Of a DNA stretch of 64,000 bases, positions 37,603-47,609 are shown piece after piece. This DNA comes from Acidimicrobiia bacterium (GTDB lineage Bacteria > Actinomycetota > Acidimicrobiia > Spongiisociales > ZC4RG35), in contig JBGTHP010000025.1 of assembly GCA_041746105.1 (NCBI GenBank), forward strand, positions 154,682 through 218,681. Reading direction: 5' to 3'. Each line of letters starts with the position of its first letter. Position 1 is the stretch's first letter. Under the pieces are notes generated by a model. The model did not search any database and had not been told where the DNA came from. It saw nothing but the letters and a program-made list of their open reading frames with translations. Position numbers and translations under genes: made by a program.

Positions 37603-38826
37603 TCAACCGACGACGATCGGGAGGTGCTTGACGCCGTGGATGAAGTTTGATCGAAGTCGTTCGGCCGGGGCGGCGAGGTGCATGCGCTCGAGGTGGGGGA
37701 GCAGTGCTTCCAGGGTGACCTGAACCTGAAGACGGGCAAGGCCGGCGCCGAGGCAATAGTGAGGGCCTGCCTTGCCGAACGAGACATGATCGTTGGGGTC
37801 GCGGCCGATGTCGAAGGTGAGCGGGTCGGGGAAGACGGTTTCGTCGAAATTGGCAGAGACGTACCACATCGTGACCTTGTCACCGGCACGAATCGTTTCG
37901 CCGTGCATGGTCACGTCCTCGGTTGCGGTACGACGAAAGTGGTAGATGGGACTGGCCCAGCGGATGATTTCCTCGACGGCGCCGGCGAGCCCATCTGGGT
38001 TCGCCTGCAGCTTCGCCACCACCGCCGGCCGTTCGAGCAAGGCGAGAGTTCCTTGAGATATGGAGTGTCGCGATGCCTCCTGGCCGGCGATCATCAGAAC
38101 GGTAAAGAAATTTTTGAACTCGGCGTCGGTCAGGGGTTGGCCATCAGGTTCGGATTGGAGGATCGCGGTGAGGACATCGTCGCGGGGGCGGGCGCGGCGC
38201 TCGGACGCGAGTTCTGCCGCATATTCGTAGGCCTCAAGCCCGGCAATCGTTCCAAACGGTGCAAATCGGGCGCGTTCGTCCGAACCGGCTTCGAGGTAGT
38301 CGGGGTCGCTCTGCCCGAGCATTCGGTCTGTCCAATCGATCAGGCGAGATGAGTCCGATTCGCTGACGCCGAGGTGGCCGCACAACCACAACACCGGCAA
38401 GGGTTTGGCGATCGCCGAAACGAGATCGAACGAGGTCTTCTCCATCGCCTCGTTGACGACCTCTGTGGTGAGAAGGCGAAAGGCGGTTTCGTAACTGCGC
38501 ACGACTTTGGGGGTGAAGCCCGGGGTCACCAGCCTCCTCAACCTTGTGTGTTCAGGCGGGTCGAGGTCCAACATCGAGCGTCGGACCGCAAGCTGGTCAT
38601 CGTCGAGTTGCTCGAGGGTTGAACCGTGAGCCGAAGAAAACCGGCGCCAATCGCGTCCGACCTCGACAACATCCTCGTATCGAACGAATGCCCAGAATCC
38701 AGCGCCATCGGGTTCTTGGTGGAAGCTCAGTGGTTGTTCGGTTCGGAGGCGACGGAATCTCTCGTGCGGGACCGCTTCGACATAGAGATCGGGATCGGCG
38801 ATATCGACCAGCGTCGCCGCTTTCAT
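37603..38826 (-). CDS. cytochrome P450 (second copy, paralogous to 16008-17267)
   Basis: FGKAGPHYCLGAGLARLQ heme loop. Shares RSNFIHGVKHLP C-terminus with the first P450. Confidence 0.85.
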   Translation of the reverse strand: MKAATLVDIADPDLYVEAVPHERFRRLRTEQPLSFHQEPDGAGFWAFVRYEDVVEVGRDWRRFSSAHGSTLEQLDDDQLAVRRSMLDLDPPEHTRLRRLVTPGFTPKVVRSYETAFRLLTTEVVNEAMEKTSFDLVSAIAKPLPVLWLCGHLGVSESDSSRLIDWTDRMLGQSDPDYLEAGSDERARFAPFGTIAGLEAYEYAAELASERRARPRDDVLTAILQSEPDGQPLTDAEFKNFFTVLMIAGQEASRHSISQGTLALLERPAVVAKLQANPDGLAGAVEEIIRWASPIYHFRRTATEDVTMHGETIRAGDKVTMWYVSANFDETVFPDPLTFDIGRDPNDHVSFGKAGPHYCLGAGLARLQVQVTLEALLPHLERMHLAAPAERLRSNFIHGVKHLPIVVG

Positions 38827-40280
38827 CCGACAGAACCCGTGAGGATCTGGAGGGTCTTGAGGTCTGAGTGGAAGTCGAGGGCATAGTCGCCACCCTCACG
38901 GCCAATGCCGGAGATACCACATCCTCCGAAGGGAGCAGTGAGGTCCCGCACCAGAAAACAGTTGGTCCACACGATGCCAGAGCGGAGTTCGCGGCCAACC
39001 CTTTCTGCCCGTTCGGCCGAACCGGTGTACACGATGGAAGCCAACCCGTAGCGGGTTGAATTGGCGAGCGTGATGGCATCCGCCTCATCTTCGAACGTCT
39101 GAAATGTCAACACCGGGCCAAACACCTCACGTTGAACCACCTCTGAGTCATTGGAGCCGGGAACGATGACCGTCGGTCGATACCAGAGCCCCTCGTCGGT
39201 GAGTCGCCCTCCGCCGATCAGGATCTCATCGCCGCCGATACGAGCGCGCTCAACAAATCCCTCGACCCTCTCCATGTGGTCCGGGTGGATCAGCGGAGAG
39301 ATGGTGGTTGCGGACTCCCTGCTGTCACCGAGTACGTGTGAGTCGGTGTACGCCAGAAACGCCGACAGAAATTCGTCGGCTATGTCCCGTTGGACCAATA
39401 GTCGAGTTCCTGCCAAACACACCTGACCGGCGTCGTCGAACTGACCGGCGGCCTTCTTGGCTGCAGAGTCGATGTCGGCGTCGTCAAAAACCAGGAATGG
39501 CCCTTTGCCACCCAACTCGCCGGTGAACGGAACGATGTTGGCGGCGGCGGCGGCACCGATGAGGCGCGCCGTTTCGGGCGAGCCTGTGAACGAGATCCGT
39601 CTGACGGCGGGATTGGCCACGAGGGCTGCTCCCGCTTCTTCGCCGTGACCTTGGACGAGGTTGAAGACACCGGGAGGGAACCCTGCCTCCATCACCAGGT
39701 CGGCGAGCAGAGACGCCGAGAGCGGGGCCCACTCCGCCGGCTTCAGAATCACTGGATTTCCGGCCGCCAGGGCAGGGGCCAGCTTCCACGTGGACAGCAG
39801 CCATGGTGCGTTCCAAGGCGTGATGATCACCGCCGGACCCGCCGGCATCCGAATGACGAGATTGTCCGTCCCCTTTGAGGCCCAATTCCGCTCCTGGTAG
39901 GCCGTCGTCAGGTCCGCATAGTTACGAAAGTTTTCGGCTCCACGGTGGATGACTCTGGCCAAAAGGCTCTCCAGCAACATCGCCATGTCGAGACACTCCA
40001 CCGTGGCAATGTCGTCGATGCGATTGTCGATGAGGTCGGCGAGCCGGTGGAGAAGTGCCGCTCGTTCTGCTACCGGAGTCCGGCCCCACGCCGGAGCGGC
40101 CCGCATGGCGGATTCCACCGCGGCTTCCGCGATCGTGGCGTCGCCTCGTGACACGTCGGCCAGTTTCAAGTCCCAATCCAGGGGTGAACGGACCTCAAAA
40201 GTTGCATCCGAATCCACACGGTATCCATCGATCAGGTGGCCGGTGGCGACCGAGATGCCCTCGATTTCGATTCGGTTCAT
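38823..40280 (-). CDS. NAD-dependent aldehyde dehydrogenase (hydroxymuconic-semialdehyde / betaine-aldehyde DH-like)
   Basis: GELGGKGP, FDDAGQVCLAGTR catalytic Cys and ITPWNAP motifs. Approximately 485 aa. Confidence 0.9.
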   Translation of the reverse strand: MNRIEIEGISVATGHLIDGYRVDSDATFEVRSPLDWDLKLADVSRGDATIAEAAVESAMRAAPAWGRTPVAERAALLHRLADLIDNRIDDIATVECLDMAMLLESLLARVIHRGAENFRNYADLTTAYQERNWASKGTDNLVIRMPAGPAVIITPWNAPWLLSTWKLAPALAAGNPVILKPAEWAPLSASLLADLVMEAGFPPGVFNLVQGHGEEAGAALVANPAVRRISFTGSPETARLIGAAAAANIVPFTGELGGKGPFLVFDDADIDSAAKKAAGQFDDAGQVCLAGTRLLVQRDIADEFLSAFLAYTDSHVLGDSRESATTISPLIHPDHMERVEGFVERARIGGDEILIGGGRLTDEGLWYRPTVIVPGSNDSEVVQREVFGPVLTFQTFEDEADAITLANSTRYGLASIVYTGSAERAERVGRELRSGIVWTNCFLVRDLTAPFGGCGISGIGREGGDYALDFHSDLKTLQILTGSVG

Positions 40281-40319
40281 GTGAGTCCAGTCGTTCGGTG
40301 CCGAACTATATGCGATCGT

Positions 40320-41249
40320 CTAGACCAGGGATTGGTGGAGGAGTCTCAGGAATCCTTCACGAGAGGCTTCGAGAACCACATCGGTATTTGGGACTTCTCC
40401 CGTATTACGGAGATGGTCAACCACTGTTTGGCCGCGGCTCCATCGCCCTTCGGTTTCAATTCCCACGAAGAGGCGTTCCACCCGGGTGGCAATGGACGGT
40501 TCTATCGCCACCGCCATCGCGATCGGGTCGGGGAGATCGAAGCCGGATATCTTCGTCTCCCTGTTGGAGAAATCCTCGAGGACAGCCTGGATATCTACGG
40601 CAAAACTGGCGAGATCGGTACCAAGTGCTCGAATGGCCGCCTGATCGTCGGTGTCGAATACAGCGTATTTGTAAGAGATGTCCCAGCCAACCATTGTGAT
40701 CGGGATTCGTGACCTGAAAACCATGTCGGCCGCATGCGGATCCGCCCAGAGGTTGTATTCGGATACAGGCGTGACGTTTCCACGACCGTCACCGACCCCA
40801 CCCATCATGACAAAACGGGAACAGATGGATGCGAGGTCCGGTCGGCGCTCCAACACTTTGGCGACGTTGGTGAGAGGGCCAAGCGACACAAGGGTCAATT
40901 CGGGTCCCCACCGGTCGAAGGTATCGATGATCACGTCGATGGCGTCGCCATCTGCCGGCTCGCGCCCGGACAGAAGGAGACCGACATCGCCCATACCGTC
41001 GAAACCATGCGTTTCCTCGGCCGTTTCGAGAGGGATGGACAGTGGTTGGGAGGCGCCGGCGTATACGGGTACCTCGGACCGACACAGGTCGACCACGTAA
41101 AGGGCGTTTTGGACCCCCTGCTCGAGCGGGACGTTGCCGGCGACGACGGTGATTGCCTCGACCGTCAACTCGGGGTTTCTCAACGCCATTATCAATGCGA
41201 CGGCGTCGTCTGAGGCGGTGTCCGTGTCGATCAGGAATCGCCGGGTCAT
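40320..41249 (-). CDS. nucleoside hydrolase (IU-NH family)
   Basis: N-terminal DTDTASDDAVAL aspartate cluster. Confidence 0.8.
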   Translation of the reverse strand: MTRRFLIDTDTASDDAVALIMALRNPELTVEAITVVAGNVPLEQGVQNALYVVDLCRSEVPVYAGASQPLSIPLETAEETHGFDGMGDVGLLLSGREPADGDAIDVIIDTFDRWGPELTLVSLGPLTNVAKVLERRPDLASICSRFVMMGGVGDGRGNVTPVSEYNLWADPHAADMVFRSRIPITMVGWDISYKYAVFDTDDQAAIRALGTDLASFAVDIQAVLEDFSNRETKISGFDLPDPIAMAVAIEPSIATRVERLFVGIETEGRWSRGQTVVDHLRNTGEVPNTDVVLEASREGFLRLLHQSLV

Positions 41250-41314
41250 CACCGGACGGTAGCGGTCCCGTCCACGCCCGATAAGGTTCATTCAAAGTCG
41301 AGCCAGGAGTGCGA

Positions 41315-42499
41315 ATGCGTCGAGCTGTCATTGTGTCCACGGCCAGAACCCCAATCGGGAAGGCCTATAGGGGAGCGTTCAACGACACACCGGCACCGAC
41401 GCTGGCCGGTCACGCGATTCGTGCCGCGGTCGAGAGGGCCAGTGTCATGGGGGAAGAAGTCGACGACGTGATTCTGGGTTGCGCGATGCAACAAGGCACT
41501 CAAGGACTCAACGTTGCCAGGGTGGCGGCGATCGCGGCGGGTCTCCCCACTTCGGTGTCGGGCATGTCGATCGACCGCCAATGTTCTTCCGGCCTGATGG
41601 CCGTTGCCACCGCCGCCAAACAGGTGGTCATCGACGGAGCGCCGGTTGTCGTAGCCGGTGGGGTGGATTCGATCAGCCTCGTCCAGAACGAGCACATGAA
41701 CATGTATCGCGCAGCCGATCCGGCCGTCCTCGAATCACGGCCTGATATGTACATGCCGATGATCGACACCGCCGAGGTTGTCGCCAAACGTTACGGCGTC
41801 ACCCGCGACGCGTGCGACGAATATGCGCTCCAGTCTCAGGCGCGCACCGCCCAAGCCCAGAACCTCGGAAGATTTGCAGAAGAGATCATCGAGGTCTCGG
41901 CTCAGAAGGCCATCGTGAATCGTGAAACGGGTGAGACCACCTATTCGGATGTGAGTTTGTCACTCGATGAAGGAAACCGACCCGAAACCACGCTCGATGC
42001 GCTCGGCTCTCTTCAACCGGTGAGAGGAGCAGGTGGCAATGTGACCGCGGGTAACGCCTCTCAGCTTTCTGACGGGGCGGCGGCGATGGTGTTGATGGAG
42101 GCGGGCGAAGCCGAACGTCGAGGGCTGGAGCCGCTCGGTGCCTATCTCGGGATGGCGGTAGCCGGAGTTGACCCCGACGAGATGGGGATTGGGCCGGTGT
42201 TTGCAGTGCCGAAGCTGTTGGAGCGGACCGGCAAAACAATCGATGACATAGATCTATGGGAACTCAACGAGGCGTTCGCGGTCCAGACTCTCTACTGCCG
42301 TGACCAACTCGGCATCGACAATGAGGTGTTCAACGTGAACGGGGGTGCAATCTCGATTGGTCATCCCTACGGAATGAGCGGCGCCAGGATGGTCGGCCAG
42401 ATCCTCCTCGAAGGCAAGAGGAGGAAGGCCCGCTACGGGGTTGTGACGATGTGTGTTGGCGGAGGGATGGGGGCCGCCGGGCTGTTCGAGATCTTCTGA
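41315..42499 (+). CDS. acetyl-CoA C-acyltransferase (thiolase)
   Basis: [19 protein letters not shown]-terminus. C-terminal [11 protein letters not shown] motif. Confidence 0.9.
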   Translation: MRRAVIVSTARTPIGKAYRGAFNDTPAPTLAGHAIRAAVERASVMGEEVDDVILGCAMQQGTQGLNVARVAAIAAGLPTSVSGMSIDRQCSSGLMAVATAAKQVVIDGAPVVVAGGVDSISLVQNEHMNMYRAADPAVLESRPDMYMPMIDTAEVVAKRYGVTRDACDEYALQSQARTAQAQNLGRFAEEIIEVSAQKAIVNRETGETTYSDVSLSLDEGNRPETTLDALGSLQPVRGAGGNVTAGNASQLSDGAAAMVLMEAGEAERRGLEPLGAYLGMAVAGVDPDEMGIGPVFAVPKLLERTGKTIDDIDLWELNEAFAVQTLYCRDQLGIDNEVFNVNGGAISIGHPYGMSGARMVGQILLEGKRRKARYGVVTMCVGGGMGAAGLFEIF

Positions 42500-42526
42500 T
42501 CCGCCTCAACGATCCGGGGTCGAGGT

Positions 42527-43732
42527 TCAGCCGACAGATTCGACCAGGATCGCGATCCCCTGACCGACACCGATGCACATGGTGGCCAGTGCGAACCGGC
42601 CGTCGCGGCGTTTGAGTTCTTGGATCGCAGTGCCGGTGATGCGTGCGCCGCTCATCCCAGTCGGGTGACCGAGGGCAATGGCTCCGCCGTTCGGATTCAG
42701 GTGCTGCGCGGTCTCGGCGACGCCGAGGGCTCTGGCACACGCCAGCACCTGAGACGCGAACGCCTCGTTGATTTCGACAACGTCCATCTCGGCAATCGAG
42801 CGTCCGGTGAACTCCATCAATTTCTGGGTTGCCGGAATCGGACCGGTGCCCATCAGGCGAGGTGCCACCCCGGCCGTCGCCACCGAGACCACACGGGCGA
42901 GTGGCCGAAGCGAATAATGCTCGACAGCGCTCTCTGATGCGAGCAACAAGCCGGCGGAGCCGTCGTTTATGCCTGAGCTGTTGCCGGCTGTCACCGAACC
43001 GCCTTCCCGGAAAGCCGGGCGCAGCTTGCCCAACGATTCGGCGTCGGTCCCTGGCCTTGGGTGTTCATCGAGGTCGACGACAGAGCTGTCAGCACCCCGG
43101 CCGGTGGCGACGGCAACGATCTCTTCTGCGAGGATCCCGGCCTTGATGGCGGCGGCGGTCCGGTCCTGGCTTCTGACAGCAAAAGCATCCTGGTCGGCGC
43201 GGCTGATTCCAAACTCGGTTGCGACATTCTCGGCGGTCTCGCCCATCGAATCCGTGTGGCCGGCTGCAGTCATCAAAGGGTTCGTGAACCGCCATCCGAG
43301 TGTGGTGCCCTCGATTTCGGCGGTGGTCGCATATGCCCGTTCGGCTTTCGGGATCACGAAGGGCGCACGTGACATCGACTCCACGCCACCGGCAATGATC
43401 AGGTTGGCCTCACCGGTTCGAATGGCCCTTGCCGCCTGTGCGATCGCCTCCATTCCCGATCCGCAAAGCCGGTTGACCGTCGCTCCGGGAACGGAGATCG
43501 GGAGGCCTGCCAGCAGCAGCGCCATTCTGGCGACGTTGCGGTTGTCCTCCCCTGCCTGGTTGGTGGCACCCAGGTAGACGTCGTCGAGGTCTTCCCAGGA
43601 GACATCTGGATTGCGATCCATCAATGCCTTTATCGGCACCGCCGCCAGGTCGTCGGTTCGAACTCCGGCGAGGGCGCCTCCGTAGCGGCCAACGGGAGTT
43701 CGGATGTAGTCGACGACAAATGCCTCGCCCAC
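42527..43732 (-). CDS. acetyl-CoA C-acetyltransferase (thiolase), second copy
   Basis: VVDYIRTPVGRYGGAL...CIGVGQGIAILVE motifs. GTG start at 43732 chosen. Confidence 0.85.
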   Translation of the reverse strand: MGEAFVVDYIRTPVGRYGGALAGVRTDDLAAVPIKALMDRNPDVSWEDLDDVYLGATNQAGEDNRNVARMALLLAGLPISVPGATVNRLCGSGMEAIAQAARAIRTGEANLIIAGGVESMSRAPFVIPKAERAYATTAEIEGTTLGWRFTNPLMTAAGHTDSMGETAENVATEFGISRADQDAFAVRSQDRTAAAIKAGILAEEIVAVATGRGADSSVVDLDEHPRPGTDAESLGKLRPAFREGGSVTAGNSSGINDGSAGLLLASESAVEHYSLRPLARVVSVATAGVAPRLMGTGPIPATQKLMEFTGRSIAEMDVVEINEAFASQVLACARALGVAETAQHLNPNGGAIALGHPTGMSGARITGTAIQELKRRDGRFALATMCIGVGQGIAILVESVG

Positions 43733-43734
43733 GT

Positions 43735-45411
43735 TCAGTTCCTCGCCAGGGGTTTGTATTTGATCCGATGTGGTTCGGTCGCAGCCTCGCCGAACTCCCG
43801 CTTCATGAAGTCCTCGTACTCGGAGTAGTTGCCCGTGAAGAACCGTACCTGTGATTCTCCCTCGAAAGCAATGATGTGTGTGGCGATTCGATCGAGGAAC
43901 CAGCGGTCGTGGCTGATAACCAGCACACATCCCGGGTAGGCCTCGATCGCCTGCTCCAGGGCTCTCAGCGTGTCGACATCGAGGTCGTTGGAAGGTTCGT
44001 CCAAGAGGAGGACGTTGCCCCCCCGACGAAGCATCTTGCCCAGATGGACCCTGTTTCTCTCTCCACCGGAAAGGGAGCCAACGGTTTTTTGTTGATCCGA
44101 TCCCTTGAAGTTGAGAGATGCCACATACGCCCTGGCATTTACCTCTCGTTTGCCAATCCGAAGTAACTCGTTTCCGCCGGAGATCTCGTCAAAGACGGTC
44201 TTGTCGGCATCCAATGCATCCCGGCTTTGATCGACATAGGCGAGGTCGACAGTCGACCCGATTTCGATCGTTCCGGTGTCGGGAGCGTCCTCCCCCGTGA
44301 TCATGCGAAAGAGGGTCGTCTTACCGGCACCATTGGCCCCGATGATGCCGACCACGCCGGCAGGAGGTATCTGGAAGGTCAGGTCCTCGATCAAGAGTTT
44401 GTCCCCGAACCCCTTGGACACGCCATCGGCCCTGATCACCAGATCGCCGAGTCGCTGAGTGAACGGGATCTCGAGAGCGAGAGCAACCTGTCGCTGTTCG
44501 GTCGACTGTGCCTCGGCGACCAGTCGCTCATAGGCACCGAGACGTGCCCTTCCCTTGGCCTGTCTCGCCTTGGGCGACATCCTGACCCATTCCAGCTCCC
44601 GTTCGATTTCTCGCCGGCGCGCTGAAGTCTGTTTTTCCTCCAGAGCGAGCCTGGCCTGTTTCTGCTCCAGCCACGACGAATAGTTGCCCTCAAACGGCAT
44701 ACCTCGGCCGGAATCGAGCTCGAGGATCCAGCCGGCCACATTGTCGAGAAAGTAACGATCGTGGGTGACCGCGATCACCGATCCGGGGTAGTCGGCCAAG
44801 AACCGCTCCAGCCACGCGACCGACTCGGCGTCGAGGTGGTTGGTCGGCTCGTCGAGCAAAAGCAGGTCGGGTGCGGACAGCAGCAGCCGGCACAACGCAA
44901 CTCTTCTTCGTTCGCCGCCAGACAGCGTCTTGACGCTCGATTCTGCAGGGGGAACCCGGAGGGCATCCATCGCGATCGCCACCTTGCGATCGAGGTCCCA
45001 GGCATCGGCGGCCTCGATCCTCTTCTCTAGCGCCGCCTGCTCCTCTCCGAGCTTTTCGTAGTCCGCCTCCGGATCGGCCCATGAGGCCAGAACTGCGTTG
45101 TATCGATCGATCAACGACTGGGTCTGCCCGACCCCATCCATGATGTTGCCGAGGACGTCTTTGTCGTCGTCCAGATGAGGCTCCTGCTCGAGCAACCCGG
45201 CGGTGTAGCCGGGTAGTAGCTGGGCCTCACCGGTGAACGAATCATCGCGCCCGGCCATGATGTTCAGAAGTGTGGATTTCCCGGCCCCGTTGTGACCGAG
45301 AACGCCGATCTTGGCGCCGTAGTAGAAGGAAAGAGAGATGTCCTTGAGGATGTCGCGACTTGGAGGCACATGTTTTGAACACTTGTACATCTGATAGATG
45401 AATTCGGGCAT
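43735..45411 (-). CDS. ettA: ABC-F ATPase, energy-dependent translational throttle EttA-like
   Basis: MPEFIYQMYKCSKHV N-terminus. Two ABC domains (GHNGAGKST; second Walker A GANGAGKTT). Start at internal M (45411). Confidence 0.9.
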   Translation of the reverse strand: MPEFIYQMYKCSKHVPPSRDILKDISLSFYYGAKIGVLGHNGAGKSTLLNIMAGRDDSFTGEAQLLPGYTAGLLEQEPHLDDDKDVLGNIMDGVGQTQSLIDRYNAVLASWADPEADYEKLGEEQAALEKRIEAADAWDLDRKVAIAMDALRVPPAESSVKTLSGGERRRVALCRLLLSAPDLLLLDEPTNHLDAESVAWLERFLADYPGSVIAVTHDRYFLDNVAGWILELDSGRGMPFEGNYSSWLEQKQARLALEEKQTSARRREIERELEWVRMSPKARQAKGRARLGAYERLVAEAQSTEQRQVALALEIPFTQRLGDLVIRADGVSKGFGDKLLIEDLTFQIPPAGVVGIIGANGAGKTTLFRMITGEDAPDTGTIEIGSTVDLAYVDQSRDALDADKTVFDEISGGNELLRIGKREVNARAYVASLNFKGSDQQKTVGSLSGGERNRVHLGKMLRRGGNVLLLDEPSNDLDVDTLRALEQAIEAYPGCVLVISHDRWFLDRIATHIIAFEGESQVRFFTGNYSEYEDFMKREFGEAATEPHRIKYKPLARN

Positions 45412-45460
45412 GACGACGAGGGTAGACCGCCCCGGTTGCTCCCCGGCCGATGACCTCCAA

Positions 45461-45597
45461 ACCGCTTTTATTGAGGTGAGGGGTGCGTCAGCCCCCGCTT
45501 CGCGCGCCAAAACGGTGTGGGGCATCCGACCCGGCTTTTTATGAGGTGAGCGGGGCGTCGGCCTCCGCTTCGCGCGCTAGAACCGCTGGGGAACCGC
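45461..45597. repeat. approximately 70-bp imperfect tandem direct repeat (2 copies) in the ettA-metallopeptidase intergenic region
   Basis: gcttttattgaggtgaggggtgcgtcagcccccgcttcgcgcgccaaaac versus gctttttatgaggtgagcggggcgtcggcctccgcttcgcgcgctagaac. Each copy has a GC hairpin and a GAGGTGA element. Confidence 0.6.
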
Positions 45598-45635
45598 TCA
45601 CAGATCATCCAGGTTTGTCGAAATAGGCCGATAGA

Positions 45636-47609
45636 TTGTCATCGATGCGCCGGATCGTTCTGGCCGCCATGATTCTCGGCGGCACCCTCGCAGTTGCTCC
45701 ACTTCCTGTCATGGCGGCAGAGGAGGGCCTCGAGGTGGCCGCAGTCGCAACCTACCGGCTCGAGGAGTCCGCGGTGTCGGTATCCGTCGTTCTCACCCTC
45801 GAGAACACGCTCCCGACCCGCGAGGAGGGAGGGGTCACCTTCCAATACTTCTTCGATCACATCGTTATTCCAATCCCGGCATCGGCCGTGGCGATCGGCG
45901 CCACCAATGAAGGCGGTAGGCGGCTCGCCCTGGAAACGACGGAGGGGACGGGAGTGCTCCAAGTTGATGTCGCGCTCGCCGGCCCGCTCTTGTTCGGGGA
46001 GACGACCGAAGTGAGGCTCGAATTTGATCTAGAAGGTGCTGAGGCGCGATCGGAGGGGCCTATCAGGGTGAATCCCGCCTACGCGTGGTTTTTTGCATGG
46101 GCATACGGAGACCCTGGGCGGTCAGAAGTCGCAATCGAGCTGCCGAGCGCGTACACGTTCGAATGGTTGGGTGGCCCAGTCGTCGAAACAGAAGGGGACG
46201 GCGTCGTTCGATTGGTGGCGCCGGCGATCGCCGATCCGGATCAGTGGTTCGTTGCGGTGAGCGCCAGACGGGATGCGTCCTTGGACTCGGGTTCCGTGAG
46301 TTTTTCCGGCGGGACGCTCAACATCCGGTCCTGGCCTGCAGACACGGAATGGGCGACCTTCGTCAGCGACACTGCCCGCCGAGCGCTGCCTCGCCTGATC
46401 GAGGCGGTTGGCCTCGACTGGCCCAAAAATTCGATCGAAATCCTGGAGGCATACACCCCGACCATCTATGGATACGCCGGGTGGTATCTGCCGGATCGCG
46501 GCCGAATAGAGATCGGTGAAGATCTCGACGCCCACGTCATCTTGCATGAGGCATCTCACGTTTGGTTCAACCAGACACTCTTTCAGGAGCGATGGATCAA
46601 CGAGGGCATGGCCGAGGAGTACGCCTTTCGCGCCAGGACGGCGGTTGGCCTGCCCGGTCCCGATGTACCGGATTCACTCGACGAAACCGCCCCCTTTTCA
46701 CTCAATAGGTGGGAGGTTCCGACCTTCTTGCGGGACGACTCCTTCGAAGACGAGTTATACGGCTATGGAGCTTCTTGGTTCGTAACTCACCTGCTGGTCG
46801 AAGATATCGGACTAGAAGCGATGCAAGAAGTGATCGCGGCAGCCGATGCGGATCTGATCTCCTATCGCGGCGCGGGGCAAGCCGAAATCGTGGATGCCCG
46901 AGACGACTGGCGCCGATACCTCGACCTTCTTGAAGAAATCGGCGGGTCACAAAAAGCAGAGCAGATCTTTAGGGATCTGGTGACGACTCGTATCGAGGAG
47001 GAGGCTCTCGACCGTCGCGCCCGAGCCCGAGCCGGCTACCGGGAACTCGAACTGATAGCGGGCGAGTGGGCGCTCCCGACCGTGTTGCGGATGGCGATGA
47101 ACGAATGGGATTTCGGGCTGGCCGAAAGCCTCATTCCTCAACTTTCGGTGATGCTCGAGAACCGGAACAAACTGGTCGAGACCGCCGCACGTCTCGACCT
47201 CAACCCGCCTGATCTGGAGAGAATGTTCGAGACCGCTACGGACCTGCGCCTCGTGGCGGGCGAGTTGCACGACCAGTTGGCCGCGATCGGAACAGTCGAG
47301 CAGAGTGCGTTGGCGATCGCCCGCCCAAGGAATCTCTTCGAGTCGGTGGGGATGTGGGGTGACAGCGTTGAAGAGGAGTTCGAACAGGCTCAGCTCGCAT
47401 TCGAGGCAAACGACCTGGTGGGCGCCGTCCAATACTCTGGGCTGATCTCACAAACCCTGAGTGGTGCAGAAGTTGTCGGAGAGAGAAGGCTGGCTGTTGG
47501 TGTCGGGATCATGTTGACGCTGGCGGCCGGCGTCTGGTTGGTCGCACTGGGGAGGCGTCGGCCTCAAGGCACGTCGATCACCCAGACATCCTCTTCGCCC
47601 AACGATTGA
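45636..47609 (+). CDS. membrane/secreted HExxH zinc-metallopeptidase-like protein (gluzincin-type HEASH...NEGMAEE)
   Basis: N-terminal signal sequence. HEASHVWFN...WINEGMAEEY motif. C-terminal transmembrane helix. Exact peptidase family not resolved. Confidence 0.55.
   Translation: MSSMRRIVLAAMILGGTLAVAPLPVMAAEEGLEVAAVATYRLEESAVSVSVVLTLENTLPTREEGGVTFQYFFDHIVIPIPASAVAIGATNEGGRRLALETTEGTGVLQVDVALAGPLLFGETTEVRLEFDLEGAEARSEGPIRVNPAYAWFFAWAYGDPGRSEVAIELPSAYTFEWLGGPVVETEGDGVVRLVAPAIADPDQWFVAVSARRDASLDSGSVSFSGGTLNIRSWPADTEWATFVSDTARRALPRLIEAVGLDWPKNSIEILEAYTPTIYGYAGWYLPDRGRIEIGEDLDAHVILHEASHVWFNQTLFQERWINEGMAEEYAFRARTAVGLPGPDVPDSLDETAPFSLNRWEVPTFLRDDSFEDELYGYGASWFVTHLLVEDIGLEAMQEVIAAADADLISYRGAGQAEIVDARDDWRRYLDLLEEIGGSQKAEQIFRDLVTTRIEEEALDRRARARAGYRELELIAGEWALPTVLRMAMNEWDFGLAESLIPQLSVMLENRNKLVETAARLDLNPPDLERMFETATDLRLVAGELHDQLAAIGTVEQSALAIARPRNLFESVGMWGDSVEEEFEQAQLAFEANDLVGAVQYSGLISQTLSGAEVVGERRLAVGVGIMLTLAAGVWLVALGRRRPQGTSITQTSSSPND

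Noticed and set aside
45466-45600. Possible small ORF (about 47 aa, GTG start) spanning the 70-bp tandem repeats.
   Set aside because: It is repeat-derived and has no RBS spacing support. It is more plausibly non-coding, so it is reported as a repeat instead.
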